A stretch of DNA of 62,873 nt, counting the filler, from Dugesia japonica (Eukaryota), in the NCBI GenBank assembly GCA_001938525.1. It is 5 parts of 5 records of this genome, joined end to end, with 100 filler letters (N's around TTAATTAATTAA, not from the genome) between each part and the next. Parts side by side here need not be neighbours in the genome. Positions count along the whole stretch, not along the records: positions 1 to 20,701 come from MQRL01628071.1; positions 20,802 to 32,404 come from MQRL01610227.1; 3 more parts are not named here. One strand, 5' to 3'. Both the position numbers and the translations under genes were made by a program. The notes below the pieces were generated by a model, which was given only the letters and a program-made list of their open reading frames with translations, did no database searches and was not told where the DNA came from. Shown piece by piece: positions 12,234 through 23,329 of the stretch (positions are counted from its first letter, which is position 1; each line of letters begins with the position of its first letter).

Positions 12234-12859
12234 ATGAATTATACAAAAAAAGAAAATGAAAATAAATACTCAAGCATGAGTGAAGATGAAGAAACGGATT
12301 CACAAATAGACTCAACAAGTCCAAGTGTGACAAGTCATATAAACAGCAGTCCTGCAAGAAGTCTTACACTAATAAATGACAATCAAAATATTACACAAGT
12401 GACGATACATGAAATATGGAGAAATCATAATGAAGAAATGAAAGAATTATGGAATAGTGTCAAAACACAAACTTTATGGACCCAACAGAGATTGGAAGAA
12501 CTAGAACACAGTCAGATTCAACTATTATAAATCCTAATAAATTCAAAACCCCAAGTATACTGCGAACTAGAATTTAAGAATAAAGTCTTGCAATTACAGA
12601 ATAAAAACCTTTATGCAAAAATCCTTGTGTCGACAACAAATATCGGAAAACAGACGAATGTTGTATACGACGACAGAAAAACAAAATTACGCAATGGACC
12701 TAATAGCCAGGCAACACGATTTAATCTCAAATCAGGAGGGAGAATCAAAATATGTCAGAGGGCTAGTAACCTCACAAATATTAGAGATGGAGACACTCAA
12801 AACCCGGAGTGCTCTTACTCAAGTCAGTTTTGTATAAACTGAAAAGGGAGATACAAAAG
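12234..12859 (+). pseudogene. Ser/acidic-rich then coiled-coil ORF; probable 5' exon of the IAP gene
   Basis: Overlapping ORFs 12210-12530, 12588-12842 and 12613-12837 are linked by a stop and frameshifts. They end at AG|GTATAA (donor at 12860). Confidence 0.45.
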
Positions 12860-12860
12860 G

Positions 12861-12899
<39 letters not shown>

Positions 12900-13016
12900 C
12901 TATATGGGTATTTATATTAAACTAAAAAAACAAATAAAAATAATATATACTTCTAAAAATATTACATAATGTACTATGTTGCTATATAATCAAGAATAAT
13001 TGTTTATATATTGTAG
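12860..13016 (+). other. Putative spliceosomal intron within the retroelement cargo (contains a (TA)n run)
   Basis: AG|GTATAA ... TTGTAG|, extremely AT-rich. Splicing joins LYKLKREIQK to IMEFNMEL in frame. Confidence 0.55.
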
Positions 13017-14203
13017 ATAATGGAATTTAATATGGAATTGACGCTGGAAGATGTTAGATCGATAATGGGCGATTCAGATATCAATCTACACATTATGAGC
13101 CAAGGTCGGGAGGAAATAAAGCAAGTTCCAATAGTCAAAAACATTCCACATTATCGTAGCAATTTCAGTTCACCAGAAAATTTAAACGAAGAACAGTGAA
13201 TTACAGCGTGATGAGAGTTTTTGATGAGAAATACAGAAACGAAAAAATGAGAGCCCTCACGCTACTCAAGTTACCTAATTATCTTCATAGGCTAATCAAT
13301 GATATGGCTAAAACAGGATTCTATTTCTTCGGAACCAGAGATGAACCAGACCGAGTAAAATGTATATATTGTCAAGGAAATTTGTATAAATGGAGGAGGA
13401 ATGATAACCCAAAAAGAGATCACAAGAGATCATTTCCCCCATGCCCATTCTTACTAAATTTGGATGTAAATAATCAGCCAAAAATAATAACCCAAGGTAA
13501 ACAACCAGAAATCGAAAAAATAACTACAGAACACAAAAAGTTGTATTATAAAGTAATAAAAAATTTAGCTGAAGTAACACTACCCGATGATTTGGAATGG
13601 AACATCGAAGCTAGGGAAGAAACATTTAGCGAAACACCAAAGTTATTGGAAAAAGCCATGGAAGGGTTATATATCACCGAACAGACAAACACCAAAGTCA
13701 TAAAATGCACAACATGCAAAAGAGAAACACCAATACTGAAAAACGTGGAGAAACTGCCNAGGAATATATTCCACCAACCAAAGTGTTCAAGATTAAGCCA
13801 AAGTTAGAAAGAAGAGATGTCCGTAACCTCATATAGAATACAATGGAATATGTCAAAAAACAGAATAGAAATGGCCGTCGAATAGCAAGCAGACAGATTA
13901 GCTAAAATACTCGAACTGAATAAAGAAACTAGTATCGAACTAATCGCAAAGACAGTCGCGGAAAAAGGAGTCGAAATGGTAACACCTTTAGAATTGTACC
14001 AACAATCTCTCAATACAATCACTAGACAAGTAAGTTATGAACAGGAATGGGTCCTAATAGATAGTGATTGCATCATTTGCCTCGATGAATCAATCCAAGT
14101 TGTATTTCTTCCATACGGACATTTTAAAATTTAATAAAATTGCACACTTATTTTAAATGAATGCCCAATGTGTAGAAAATTGATTAAGCGCAGAAAATTT
14201 TAA
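13017..14203 (+). pseudogene. Inhibitor of apoptosis (IAP/BIRC-type): BIR, degenerate BIR, linker, C-terminal RING
   Basis: BIR: RALT..MAKTGFYF..DRVKCIYC..LYKW..DNPKRDHKRSFPPCPF. Second BIR-like: AREETF..AMEGLY..KCTTC..HQPKC. RING at 14069-14203: CIICLDESIQVVFLPYGH..C..CPMCRKLI. AATAAA follows the stop. Frameshifts and stops are present. Confidence 0.9.
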
Positions 14204-14302
14204 CAATAAAATGAAAATAAAATATGTCAATAATGTCTATATCTATATATATAAATGTCAATATCATATTATACGTGCTTAATCACTCCCTCTAATTTAG
14301 AA

Positions 14303-14830
14303 ATGAGCAACGAAAACTTAATAACTCACCTTCGAAACAAAGTGCACACCCTCCAAATCCAAAACCAATCTCTCATCATAGTTCAAGAAGCACTAAAATG
14401 GAAATTAGACGCAAAAGAAAATGGTCTCCTAAATCTCCAACTCCAAAATTAAATCAGCGGCTTGAAACTCAAATCGTAAAAGTCCGACACGAACTCACAA
14501 TTAGAGAGCGATCTTGTATCGGTCACAAAAGAATAATGAAAAGAACTCTCGACGAGAACAGAGTTAAACGCCATCAGACAAGCACGTAATTGGAAAAGCA
14601 AATTCGAAGTCGAACCGAAGAGAAAAAAGCTGGAAAATCAGCTGTTAATCGAACAAGAAAACACCCAGATTCTGAGAATAGAGTTGTTCAATACTCAATT
14701 CGAGAAAACTCGCTTGGCAACAGAAAATCATATAATATAGAATTCAGTGTTCATGAATTGCACGTAACTTCCATTTTATTTTAGTGTCTACGAAACAATA
14801 ACCCTAACAATTATATTCGAAAAGATGCAG
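14303..14830 (+). pseudogene. Coiled-coil accessory ORF (frameshifted)
   Basis: MSNENLITHLRNKVHTLQIQNQSL...LNQRLETQIVKVRHEL...KLENQLLIEQENTQILRIEL; heptad-like and preceded by acceptor-like TAATTTAG. Confidence 0.4.
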
Positions 14831-15294
14831 AGCGAAAAGTATTAAGTGATCGGACGACTTAGGGAACTGGAAATGATTCAAAAAACCGTGTCAGTAAGAA
14901 TCGGAAGCTGACATTCTTACATCAAGACATCCAGTTGTATGTTTAATTTCTTCATTAATTTTGAGAATTGATTGTAAATTCAAAGTTGATTTAAACAAAA
15001 ATGAGTCAATATTAAAGATGGGATGTCTAAAAAAGTGACTTATAAAGATGCCAATGATGATGAATACTAAATAAAATAGTAATTAAGAATTAACTTAATT
15101 AAAAGAAATACGCCTAACAGCTTGCCTTTGACATTAATATATTAATTTTATATTGCTGAACAAATAAAAGTAATGCGTAACCTACAACTACGAAAGCAAT
15201 TTTAATAAATTTAGTATTCTGTAATTAAAGAACATAAACATGGTAAAATTGTATTGTCAGTTTAATTTTAAAAATTGAAACAGATAACATTAAA

Positions 15295-18200
15295 TCATTG
15301 TGAAAAATATTTATCGATATGATTTTCAATATCTTCTTTAGTAAATTGAATGTATTTATCACGTTTAGTAGTAAATTGAATGTGCAAAAATGCATCCCGA
15401 AAATCGCAATACTTTGGAATGAAAGTAGATTTTAAGTCACAAATTATTTGTTTCTTTAAGTCCTTATCTGGTAGAGCATAAAGACTATGGCTTTTGGAAA
15501 GAATTAGAAAACTTTGATTAAATCGCTAAAATATAATCAGTGAAAAATTAAATTAAATAATGATTACTGTCCAAATATCCTTTATTTGCGTTTTCAAACT
15601 ATTATCAATCTATAAGAATACATTTAGATTATATTTAATTAATAATTTACTTTATTCCCATTATTTGTAAGAGAAGCATATAATTTTTGTTCGGGAATAT
15701 TTGAAGATTTTATAAATCTAAAAAATTGCAATTTACAAAACGCTAAAAAATGTTACTTACGTTGAAAGATAGATCAATTTTTTTTGGTTAATACAATTAA
15801 GAAGGCTTTTGGACATGTTGTCATTGGACAATTGAGAAGTGTTGTAAAATTCTGACCTATTAAAAAATTAACCTATATTAAATATTTATAAACCTAAGTA
15901 ATATTTTTTTGGTTTTGCGACTATTGTAGTTACTAAAAATTACAAAAATTCAGGGATTATCATGTAAATGATACAAAAGTATCAATTAATAATCTGTGTA
16001 TCAGATATGACACAGGTAAAGGATTAAAAAAACAGTAAATGAAAATTTCATTAATGAAATCTCAAATGCGATCAATGGTTAAGTCCAACAATTATTCTCT
16101 CAATAATTGTAATTATAAATGAAAATTATCAATTAATGTTAGATACAATAAAGATAGTGTATTTAGTGAAGACATGTGGTTTTGCAAATTCCCAAAGAGA
16201 CAACTGCTATTTATCTCAGTAGTTAAATCAATAATCTCCAATAATTCGATGCACTAATAAAATGAAATAAAGTTAAAAAACTTAAAATTATTCAAATAAT
16301 TCTGTGAAACCATGGATGCTGAACACACCGAACCTTTACTGCGTACAGAAGTCAGGTGGTTTTTTAAAGGTACAAAAAGTATCAAATTATCTTACCCTCC
16401 AAGTAGCAGAGGATGTGGATTTAACAATTCCTGTTGAATACGTTCATTTTCAAACGATGCAAATGGTATGTGAGACAAAAGCATTTAAATATCAAATGTA
16501 TTAAATTTTCAATTTTAAATATAAATTATTCCATTAATTACTCGAAAAATTGACTAATAAATTTTACCCTGATGTAGTTTTGTAAATATAATGAATGTTG
16601 TTTATTTGAAATATTATTCGGGGAATATCATCATTATAAATCATCGACATGTTTGTTATGTTTGTTATAAGTCCATCAATAACTTTATCTTAAATAAATA
16701 ATTACACACTTTCAATATAAAAGTAAAAAAATAAACTAATATATTCTCCAAAGGTATTTTTCGAATTAGTTTCGGAAATTAAGTTTCCAGAATTTCTAGA
16801 CAGAATTGAACGCGATTTTGTAACTGATTTCGAAGGAACATGAACAATTTTGTCAGCAATATTAATATTAGATAAATTAAGCTCAACAATTTTTCCGTGA
16901 CTTAACAAAGTTTCTAAAAATCTTAGGGCCTAAAAAGACATTAACATCACATATAAAAGCGAAAATAACATTTGTGGTTAATTCGTGAACAGTTGCATCT
17001 GATGGAACACATGTTCCATCTAATGCTGTAATTTTTTCTGTTTTAATATATTCAACATATACTTCCAGGCATTGCATAATTTGTTGCGTTAATTTATTAA
17101 GCATCAAGTAAATAGATTGACGAGTAGTTTCCATGGTGACCTATTAAATTCAAAATCTAATCTTATGAAAAAATATATACGTATAATATTTCTTGTAAAT
17201 CACTTTTAATTTCCATAAATCTTTCAAGAACTATAATTAAATTTATAACATATTGATACTGATGCTTCGCTTGAGCTCTTATCATCATTTTCAATAATTC
17301 CTTTTAATAAAATATATATTACAATATGTTTGAAATTATTTTACGTTGCCATCATTTAGGAAATCATTTATACTTCCTTTAATTATAGCATCCATAGCAC
17401 CACATTTATCTTTAAATTCTGGAGTAAGGTTTAATTTTTCTAACCAACATTTTTCGTTCTAAAAACTTAAATTTTTAACACGTAATTTTAATAATCACCT
17501 GCATTAACTTAACTAAAGCGACTAATCGTATAGTAAATAAATTGGATTCTCGCTCCTCAAAATCTTCTTTAACTTCACTTCCTTGGCGTTTGTGACTAAC
17601 TGTTTAAATAATCATACTACAAAAGCTAAAAAATTACTTTCTTTAACAACTTGAATGTTTCGTTTATTAATCCTAAAAAATATTACTTATAATCGACTAA
17701 TTATAATTGAAAAAATTTAACATATTTAAAAGTAATATACGTTTTAGAAAACCAGAATGTTATACCAATTTAAAATTATAACTACCAATAATTATTTTCA
17801 AATATCTAAAGTTCAGCACAAAGAAATGTTTGTATTGATTTTTCTCATTATTTCAAACTTTAAAAATCCCCTATTGTAATTATTTGATGTTTATTAATTC
17901 CGAAAATAAAAAATCCGATTACCATTATTATACTTATTTAAAAATTATAAAACATTCCTAAATATTACCGACATAATAAATTAATTTAGAACGTTTTAAT
18001 GTCAGTATTTTATTTTGAAATTGAAATTATTATTCACATATTTTAAATTAAAAGCTTACGGTTTTCGTTTGTTAGATTTCAGTGTTGAAGTTTTATTACG
18101 CTAAAATTATATTAAAGCAACATGATACAAAGAGGTTTACCAGAGAAAGTGTAGCTTGTTCTAAATGATTGTAATTTTTACACCACTCTTTAAATCTATA

Positions 18201-19125
18201 AAAATGTCATTGAAATCATTTTTTTATTTTTCTATTAACCTTTCCATGGTTGATCTCAGTGCTTCACGCCTACAAGTACAATATCGAACAACGCAATTAA
18301 TGGTTTTATCTTCTAAGAGCCATTTTGATATTATTTTTAAATCTGAAATATGACTTTCAGCAACATTTTCAAAAATTTCAGTTGTTACTGTATACGAACT
18401 AGATATACTTTCATTATCGTTTTGACTCTCTAAATCAAATCGTTTATAACTTTTTAATACAATAAAGAACCTTTATAAAAGCATAAATTGAAAATATTTT
18501 CAGGTCTAATAATTGGAAATGCTTGATTTAATATACTTTCAAATTCCTTTTCTATTGAAGATTTTCCTGTGCAATAAAGAGCAGTCTACATATAAATTGA
18601 ATTACAAAAATTTATAAATTTACTAGATGAGCTAATTCAACATTATTAGGATCATTATCCTTAAAAAATTCCATTGCATTTCTAATTTTGTCCATAGCTG
18701 CTAAATAATGATCTAAGTTCCCACTAGGACTATAAGCATTTAAAATATATTGCATTAGTAAAATGCAAACCATTTATTAATAATAGTTTCTACTTCTAAA
18801 CCAGTTCTATTAAAGTTTTGAGTTTTCATAAGGGCACTGCGACATGTTTCCATATCTTAAAGATATTAACATTAAGAAATGCTTATTTTATACTTTTAAG
18901 AGCATTCTGAAATTGATCTATAGTTCGACTGAGTGGTTCCAACTTAACTTGTAAATATTGCGAAGTTTCAATAATTCCATTTAGTTTTTCGTCTGTTTCT
19001 TCTAATAAAGTTTGATATTTTCCGGATAGATTTTCTGTTTGTTTTATAAAGTTTTTTAACTGAACATTCAAAAGCACGAATAAATTAAAAATTTATAATT
19101 ATCATACTTGAGTGTCTGCAATCAT
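15295..19125 (-). CDS. EXOC7: Exocyst complex component 7 (Exo70), multi-exon host gene
   Basis: Exons read MIADTQ|LKNFIKQ..., PSGNLDHYLAAMDKIRNAMEFFKDNDP, VPSDATVHELTTNV, YNDDIPRIIFQINNIHYI and terminal RFNQSF..YALPDKDLK..FTTKRDKYIQFTKEDIENHIDKYFSQ*, all matching Exo70 signature regions. Introns are GT-AG; not every exon was traced. Confidence 0.88.
16280..16500 (+). mobile_element. hAT (Buster/Charlie-like) transposase relic inside an Exo70 intron
   Basis: CETMDAEHTEPLLRTEVRWFFKG resembles the conserved C..M..EH..LL.HTEVRWLS.G motif. Confidence 0.7.
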
Positions 19126-20010
19126 AATATTCAATGAGAATTAAAGTTATAATTGTAAAGAAAAAATTTCAGAAGTTTTCAAAAAATTTAAATAATGATT
19201 TATTTATTTATTTGATTAAGTTTCGATAAACAACATTTTATAATATAATAACATTTTTTATTGTGAAATAAATCTACATTCTACTTATAAATGAAATTTT
19301 TAACTTTTCAAATTAGTATTAAATGTTTAAACTTCTAAAATTTCCTCTATTTGTTACAAAAGACATAAAAATCGTTTAAACTTTTGGTAAAAGTACCTTT
19401 TCAGTTCTAAACGATCTTTGAAGAGGCTGATGCAACAACATATCATGCATAATAGTATTCTGAATATTAATTGGCAATGTATTTGTGCAATTAGAGGCAA
19501 ACATTGGTTTCAATTTACCAAAACTTATTCATTAAGTTAATCAATCTCATCGGATAATCTTTTAAAAAGAATTAAGTCTTATGAATTGATTTAATTCAAT
19601 GAAGATAATAATAGAAAAGACCAAAATTAGTGAACGTTTTGATCTTTTCATAATTAAACCATTTAATTCATAGAGAATCTTTTGCTTATTATGAATTAAA
19701 TGGTTAAATATTGACAAAATTAATACATAAATGCAAAAATTTAAAAACCGGTATTTGACTTTAGATAATCTTTCGGATGCATTAAAATGAGAAAAGTATT
19801 AAAACAAAGTACATTACAGAATAACCAGACAAATATTTTTTTTATAAATAAAATTTATTAAAATGAAAATCTGATGACTGGATAACTCGATTGATTACTA
19901 TTTTGATTGAACTTACTAAATTTTACAATTATAATATTAGGAAATATCAAAATAAAATCATTACCTCTAACTATTATTGATTTGAATCGTGATCGTCTAG
20001 GAATTATCTA

Positions 20011-20195
20011 TATACGTTTATCGTCTTCATTACTTAAAGCTATTTTAGGACTTTTAAAGCTATATAGTTGTTGGTCATTACTATCAATTCTAAATTGGTT
20101 TAGTGAAATTGATTGATTAGTATTATAATAATCTAAATATGACTTATGAGTTAATTCTGTATCTTTTATGTTATTCTTTTAGCCTTCACCTGGTA
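20011..20195 (-). mobile_element. Polinton/Maverick-type protein-primed DNA polymerase B C-terminal relic
   Basis: KDTELTHKSYLDYYNTNQSISLNQFRIDSNDQQLYSFKSPKIALSNEDDKRI; KIALS..DDKR is the typical pPolB C-terminus. Confidence 0.65.
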
Positions 20196-20701
20196 CAATA
20201 TTGCTGGATCTTATAAGGAGATATAACAATTACTTAATTATTTTATTTTGACTCCAAATTTTATTTATATGCGTGTAGGTTTATAAATAAAAAGATGATA
20301 ATAATAATGAATAATTAAGAGAACACAATGTTTTTATAAAAACTTTATTAAATAAATCAAAATGTATATAAACAAACAATGTCATAAACAATTTTTATCA
20401 AATTAACAAAATTACAAATGAAAAACAAAAACCGCTTGATTTTTGGTATTTAGCAAGAACTGCTCTATTTAATTTAACAGTACAAAGGGTTGAAAATTTA
20501 TAAGAAATACTGAATGGTTCAAAAGTTTTGAAGAAGGGGATATTAGGGTTATAATCAATTAATTAATTAATTTAAATAGTTTAAATAATATATTTGTATT
20601 TAGATTTGTGTCACATAATTCCTATCGTAATCTTTTTCATAGATAATTAATGTTCCATCTTATATAATAATAAGAAATGGAAATTATTATATCATAATTT
20701 A

Positions 20702-20801
20702 NNNNNNNNNNNNNNNNNNNNNNNNNNNNNNNNNNNNNNNNNNNNTTAATTAATTAANNNNNNNNNNNNNNNNNNNNNNNNNNNNNNNNNNNNNNNNNNN
20801 N
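20702..20801. other. Artificial scaffold-join spacer N44-TTAATTAATTAA-N44 (also at 32405-32504, 42322-42421, 53819-53918)
   Basis: The same 100-bp construct occurs four times; the 12-mer gives stop codons in all six frames. Confidence 0.95.
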
Positions 20802-21540
20802 TGCGATAATGAGAAGATGTATTGTGATAATGAGAACAGGTATTGTGATAATGAGGAGAGCTATTGTGATAATGAATAGAGCTATTGTGATAATGAGAAG
20901 AGGTATTGTGATAATGAGGAGAGGTATTGCAATAATGACGAGAGGTATTGTGATAATGAGGAGAGGTATTGTGATAATGAGAAGAGGTATCGTGATAATG
21001 ACGAGAGGTATTGTGATGAGAAGAAGTATTGTGATAATGAGGAGAGGTATTGTGATAATGAGAACAGGTATAGTGATAAAGAGAACAGGTATTGTGATAA
21101 TGAGGAGAGGTATTGTGATAATGAGGAGAGGTATTGTGATAATGAATAGAGCTATTGTGATGAGAAGAGGTATTGTGATAATGAGAAGAGGTATTGTGAT
21201 AATGAGGAGAGGTATTGTGATAATGAGGAGAGGTATTGTGATAATGAATAGAGGTATTGTGATAATGAGAACAGGTATTGTGTTAATGAGGAGAGGTATT
21301 ACGATAATGAGGAGAGGTATTGTGATTATGAGAACAGGTATTGTGATAATGAGAACAGGTATTGTGATAATGAGAGGTATTATTATAATGAGGAGAGGTA
21401 TTGTGATAATGAGGAGAGGTATTGTGATAATGAATAGAGGTATTGTGATAATGAATAGAGGTATTGTGATAATGAGGAGAGGTATTGTGATAATGAATGG
21501 AGGTATTGTGACAATGAGGAGAGGTATTGTGATAATAAAA
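20802..21540. repeat. 21-bp minisatellite (ATTGTGATAATGAGGAGAGGT)n, about 35 units
   Basis: Directly visible; it produces the MRRGIVI / IITIPLL repeat ORFs. Confidence 0.95.
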
Positions 21541-21589
21541 TGATGGAAGAGTTTATTCATTAGTTAGTTAATAATTTAAATAAGCACCA

Positions 21590-22080
21590 AACAGTTTTAA
21601 CTAAGCAGTCTTCAATACAAAATGCTGCAACCGAAACCAGTTTGATGCGGTCCAATAGGACTGTAAAATCGGAACCAGCTTGTTCTGGCGATTAGTTCAT
21701 CAAAGAATGCTTGTCAAATGTAGTAAACATTATTTATCCATAACAGAAAACAAAATCTGGCAGCATTTCTTTATCAAGAAGAACTGTAGTGAGGCGTGCT
21801 GAAAAAATAAGTGACAATTTAGTTTCTACCAATTTCAAAGACTTTATGGTACTCACTTGCATTGGACGAGAAGATGCAGCACGTTTCCAGCTTACCGAAG
21901 AATTACTTAGTGTTGAGTCACTCAAAAACACAACCACAGACAAAGATTTATTCAATGCTGTTGAAAACTGTGTTGAAAGAAACGGATTGGTGGAGAACAA
22001 GATGGCAAGTGTAACACTACCGGCCAACCATACACTATTAACAATCCACTGTGTCATCGAACAATTAAATCTGTGTAAAG
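21590..22080 (+). mobile_element. hAT transposase relic (GTF2IRD2/SPIN-like)
   Basis: FIKECL..ISLSRRTVVRR..EELLSVESLKNTTT.KDLF..IHCVI motifs with internal deletions. Confidence 0.75.
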
Positions 22081-22473
22081 CTGCATATGATTTATATGGT
22101 TTTAATATTTTTTTATGATCTTTTAGATATTGGTTAAAAGTTTTCCAAAATGCATAGAAGTCAATGAAAATATATTTGATGTCTTTAAAATATACTTTTT
22201 TTTAAATATAATTCTAAAAAGTTTTATACAATAATTTTTTGATAATTATTAAGAGAAAATATTATAATAATGCAAATATTTACCAAGATATTCCAAATAC
22301 GTTTGATCACTATCTTCGATACTGTTTTGAAATGCTTGGATATTGTTAATTTTTTTATTTGTTTCATAAACTATGGTTTTTATGATTGGAATCGGTTTAA
22401 ATGTAAAAAACAAAATTACATTAATCAAAACTATTAATAAATATATCCAATAGATTTTTTTTGATCGTATCAT
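22080..22473 (-). CDS. 5' exons of a host gene with an N-terminal signal anchor (type II membrane protein, function unknown)
   Basis: MIRSKK followed by hydrophobic IYWIYLLIVLINVILFF; donor G|GTAAAT; the next exon reads DIKYIFIDFYAFWKTFNQYLK. Confidence 0.4.
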
Positions 22474-23329
22474 TAAACACTTTACTAATCTGAAACAACA
22501 TAAATTAATATAAAATTAAATATGCGAAAGAAAATATTCATAATAATACACAAATAATAATTATTACAATTTAAAAACGTAATTCGTTGCTGTCTTATTC
22601 AAATTATTAACCATTCACAAATATTCAATTATTATAAGATTTGGAATCTATAAGTTTTACTTTGAAACAATTGAAACACTGATAAAAACATAAATATTGC
22701 AAAAATTATTTTTCTTTGACGAATTTTGTAATTAAAAATTTTAATTTAAATTCTACAGACCTTTAACTATTGAAACAAATAGATGAAATGAATGTTCATG
22801 AAATTTATAAATAAAAATATAAATTAATAACTATTGAATATTTTCATCTGTTACTAAGTTAAACTTTATTTAATAATCATATTGATTTTATAATATATTT
22901 GTAAAAACATTCGTTTAATTTTCAAAAATATTATTTTTGTNNNNNNNNNNNNNNNNNNNNNNNNNNNNNNNNNNNNNNNNNNNNNNNNNNAGCCATGTAC
23001 AACCTTTGTAATATGTTGGGCCGTATTAATAAACTAACAAGCGGATGTGGCCGATGGAAATTCTCCGAAAATAAAACTCTAGAAACAGATGTTGATTAAG
23101 TTTATTACCAAAAATTTAAATTCAAAAATAAATGGAAAATAATAATAATATCTTAATTATTAAATTTAAATATAAAAGTAACAAATTTAATATTTTCAAA
23201 ATTAGGAAAGATTTTCAGCAATTAATGATATTTTAATAGTTATAGAAATTAATTATACAGTTGAACCAGAAAATCAGGAAAATTAAATTCATCAAAGTTA
23301 GACGAATCCAGAATTAATATGTGGTATTG

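Larger units (their letters stand above)
1541..14900 (+). mobile_element. Giant degenerate Ty3/Gypsy LTR retroelement with accessory genes (env-like, IAP, Cys-rich and coiled-coil ORFs); RT deleted, 3' LTR not seen
   Basis: TG-starting terminus at 1541, aspartic protease DTG, RNase H tail NADCLSR, integrase HHCC/core/GPY, then ~6 kb of same-strand A-rich ORFs with a similar load of stops and frameshifts. Several N gaps lie inside, so continuity is partly inferred. Confidence 0.7.

Noticed and set aside
16069-16117. Short sequence matching 52834-52880 in inverted orientation
   Set aside because: A fragment of a dispersed repeat on different scaffolds; no structural meaning can be inferred.
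20802-21540. CRISPR array or membrane-protein gene
   Set aside because: Head-to-tail repeats without unique spacers in a eukaryotic context; the ORFs are by-products of the repeat.
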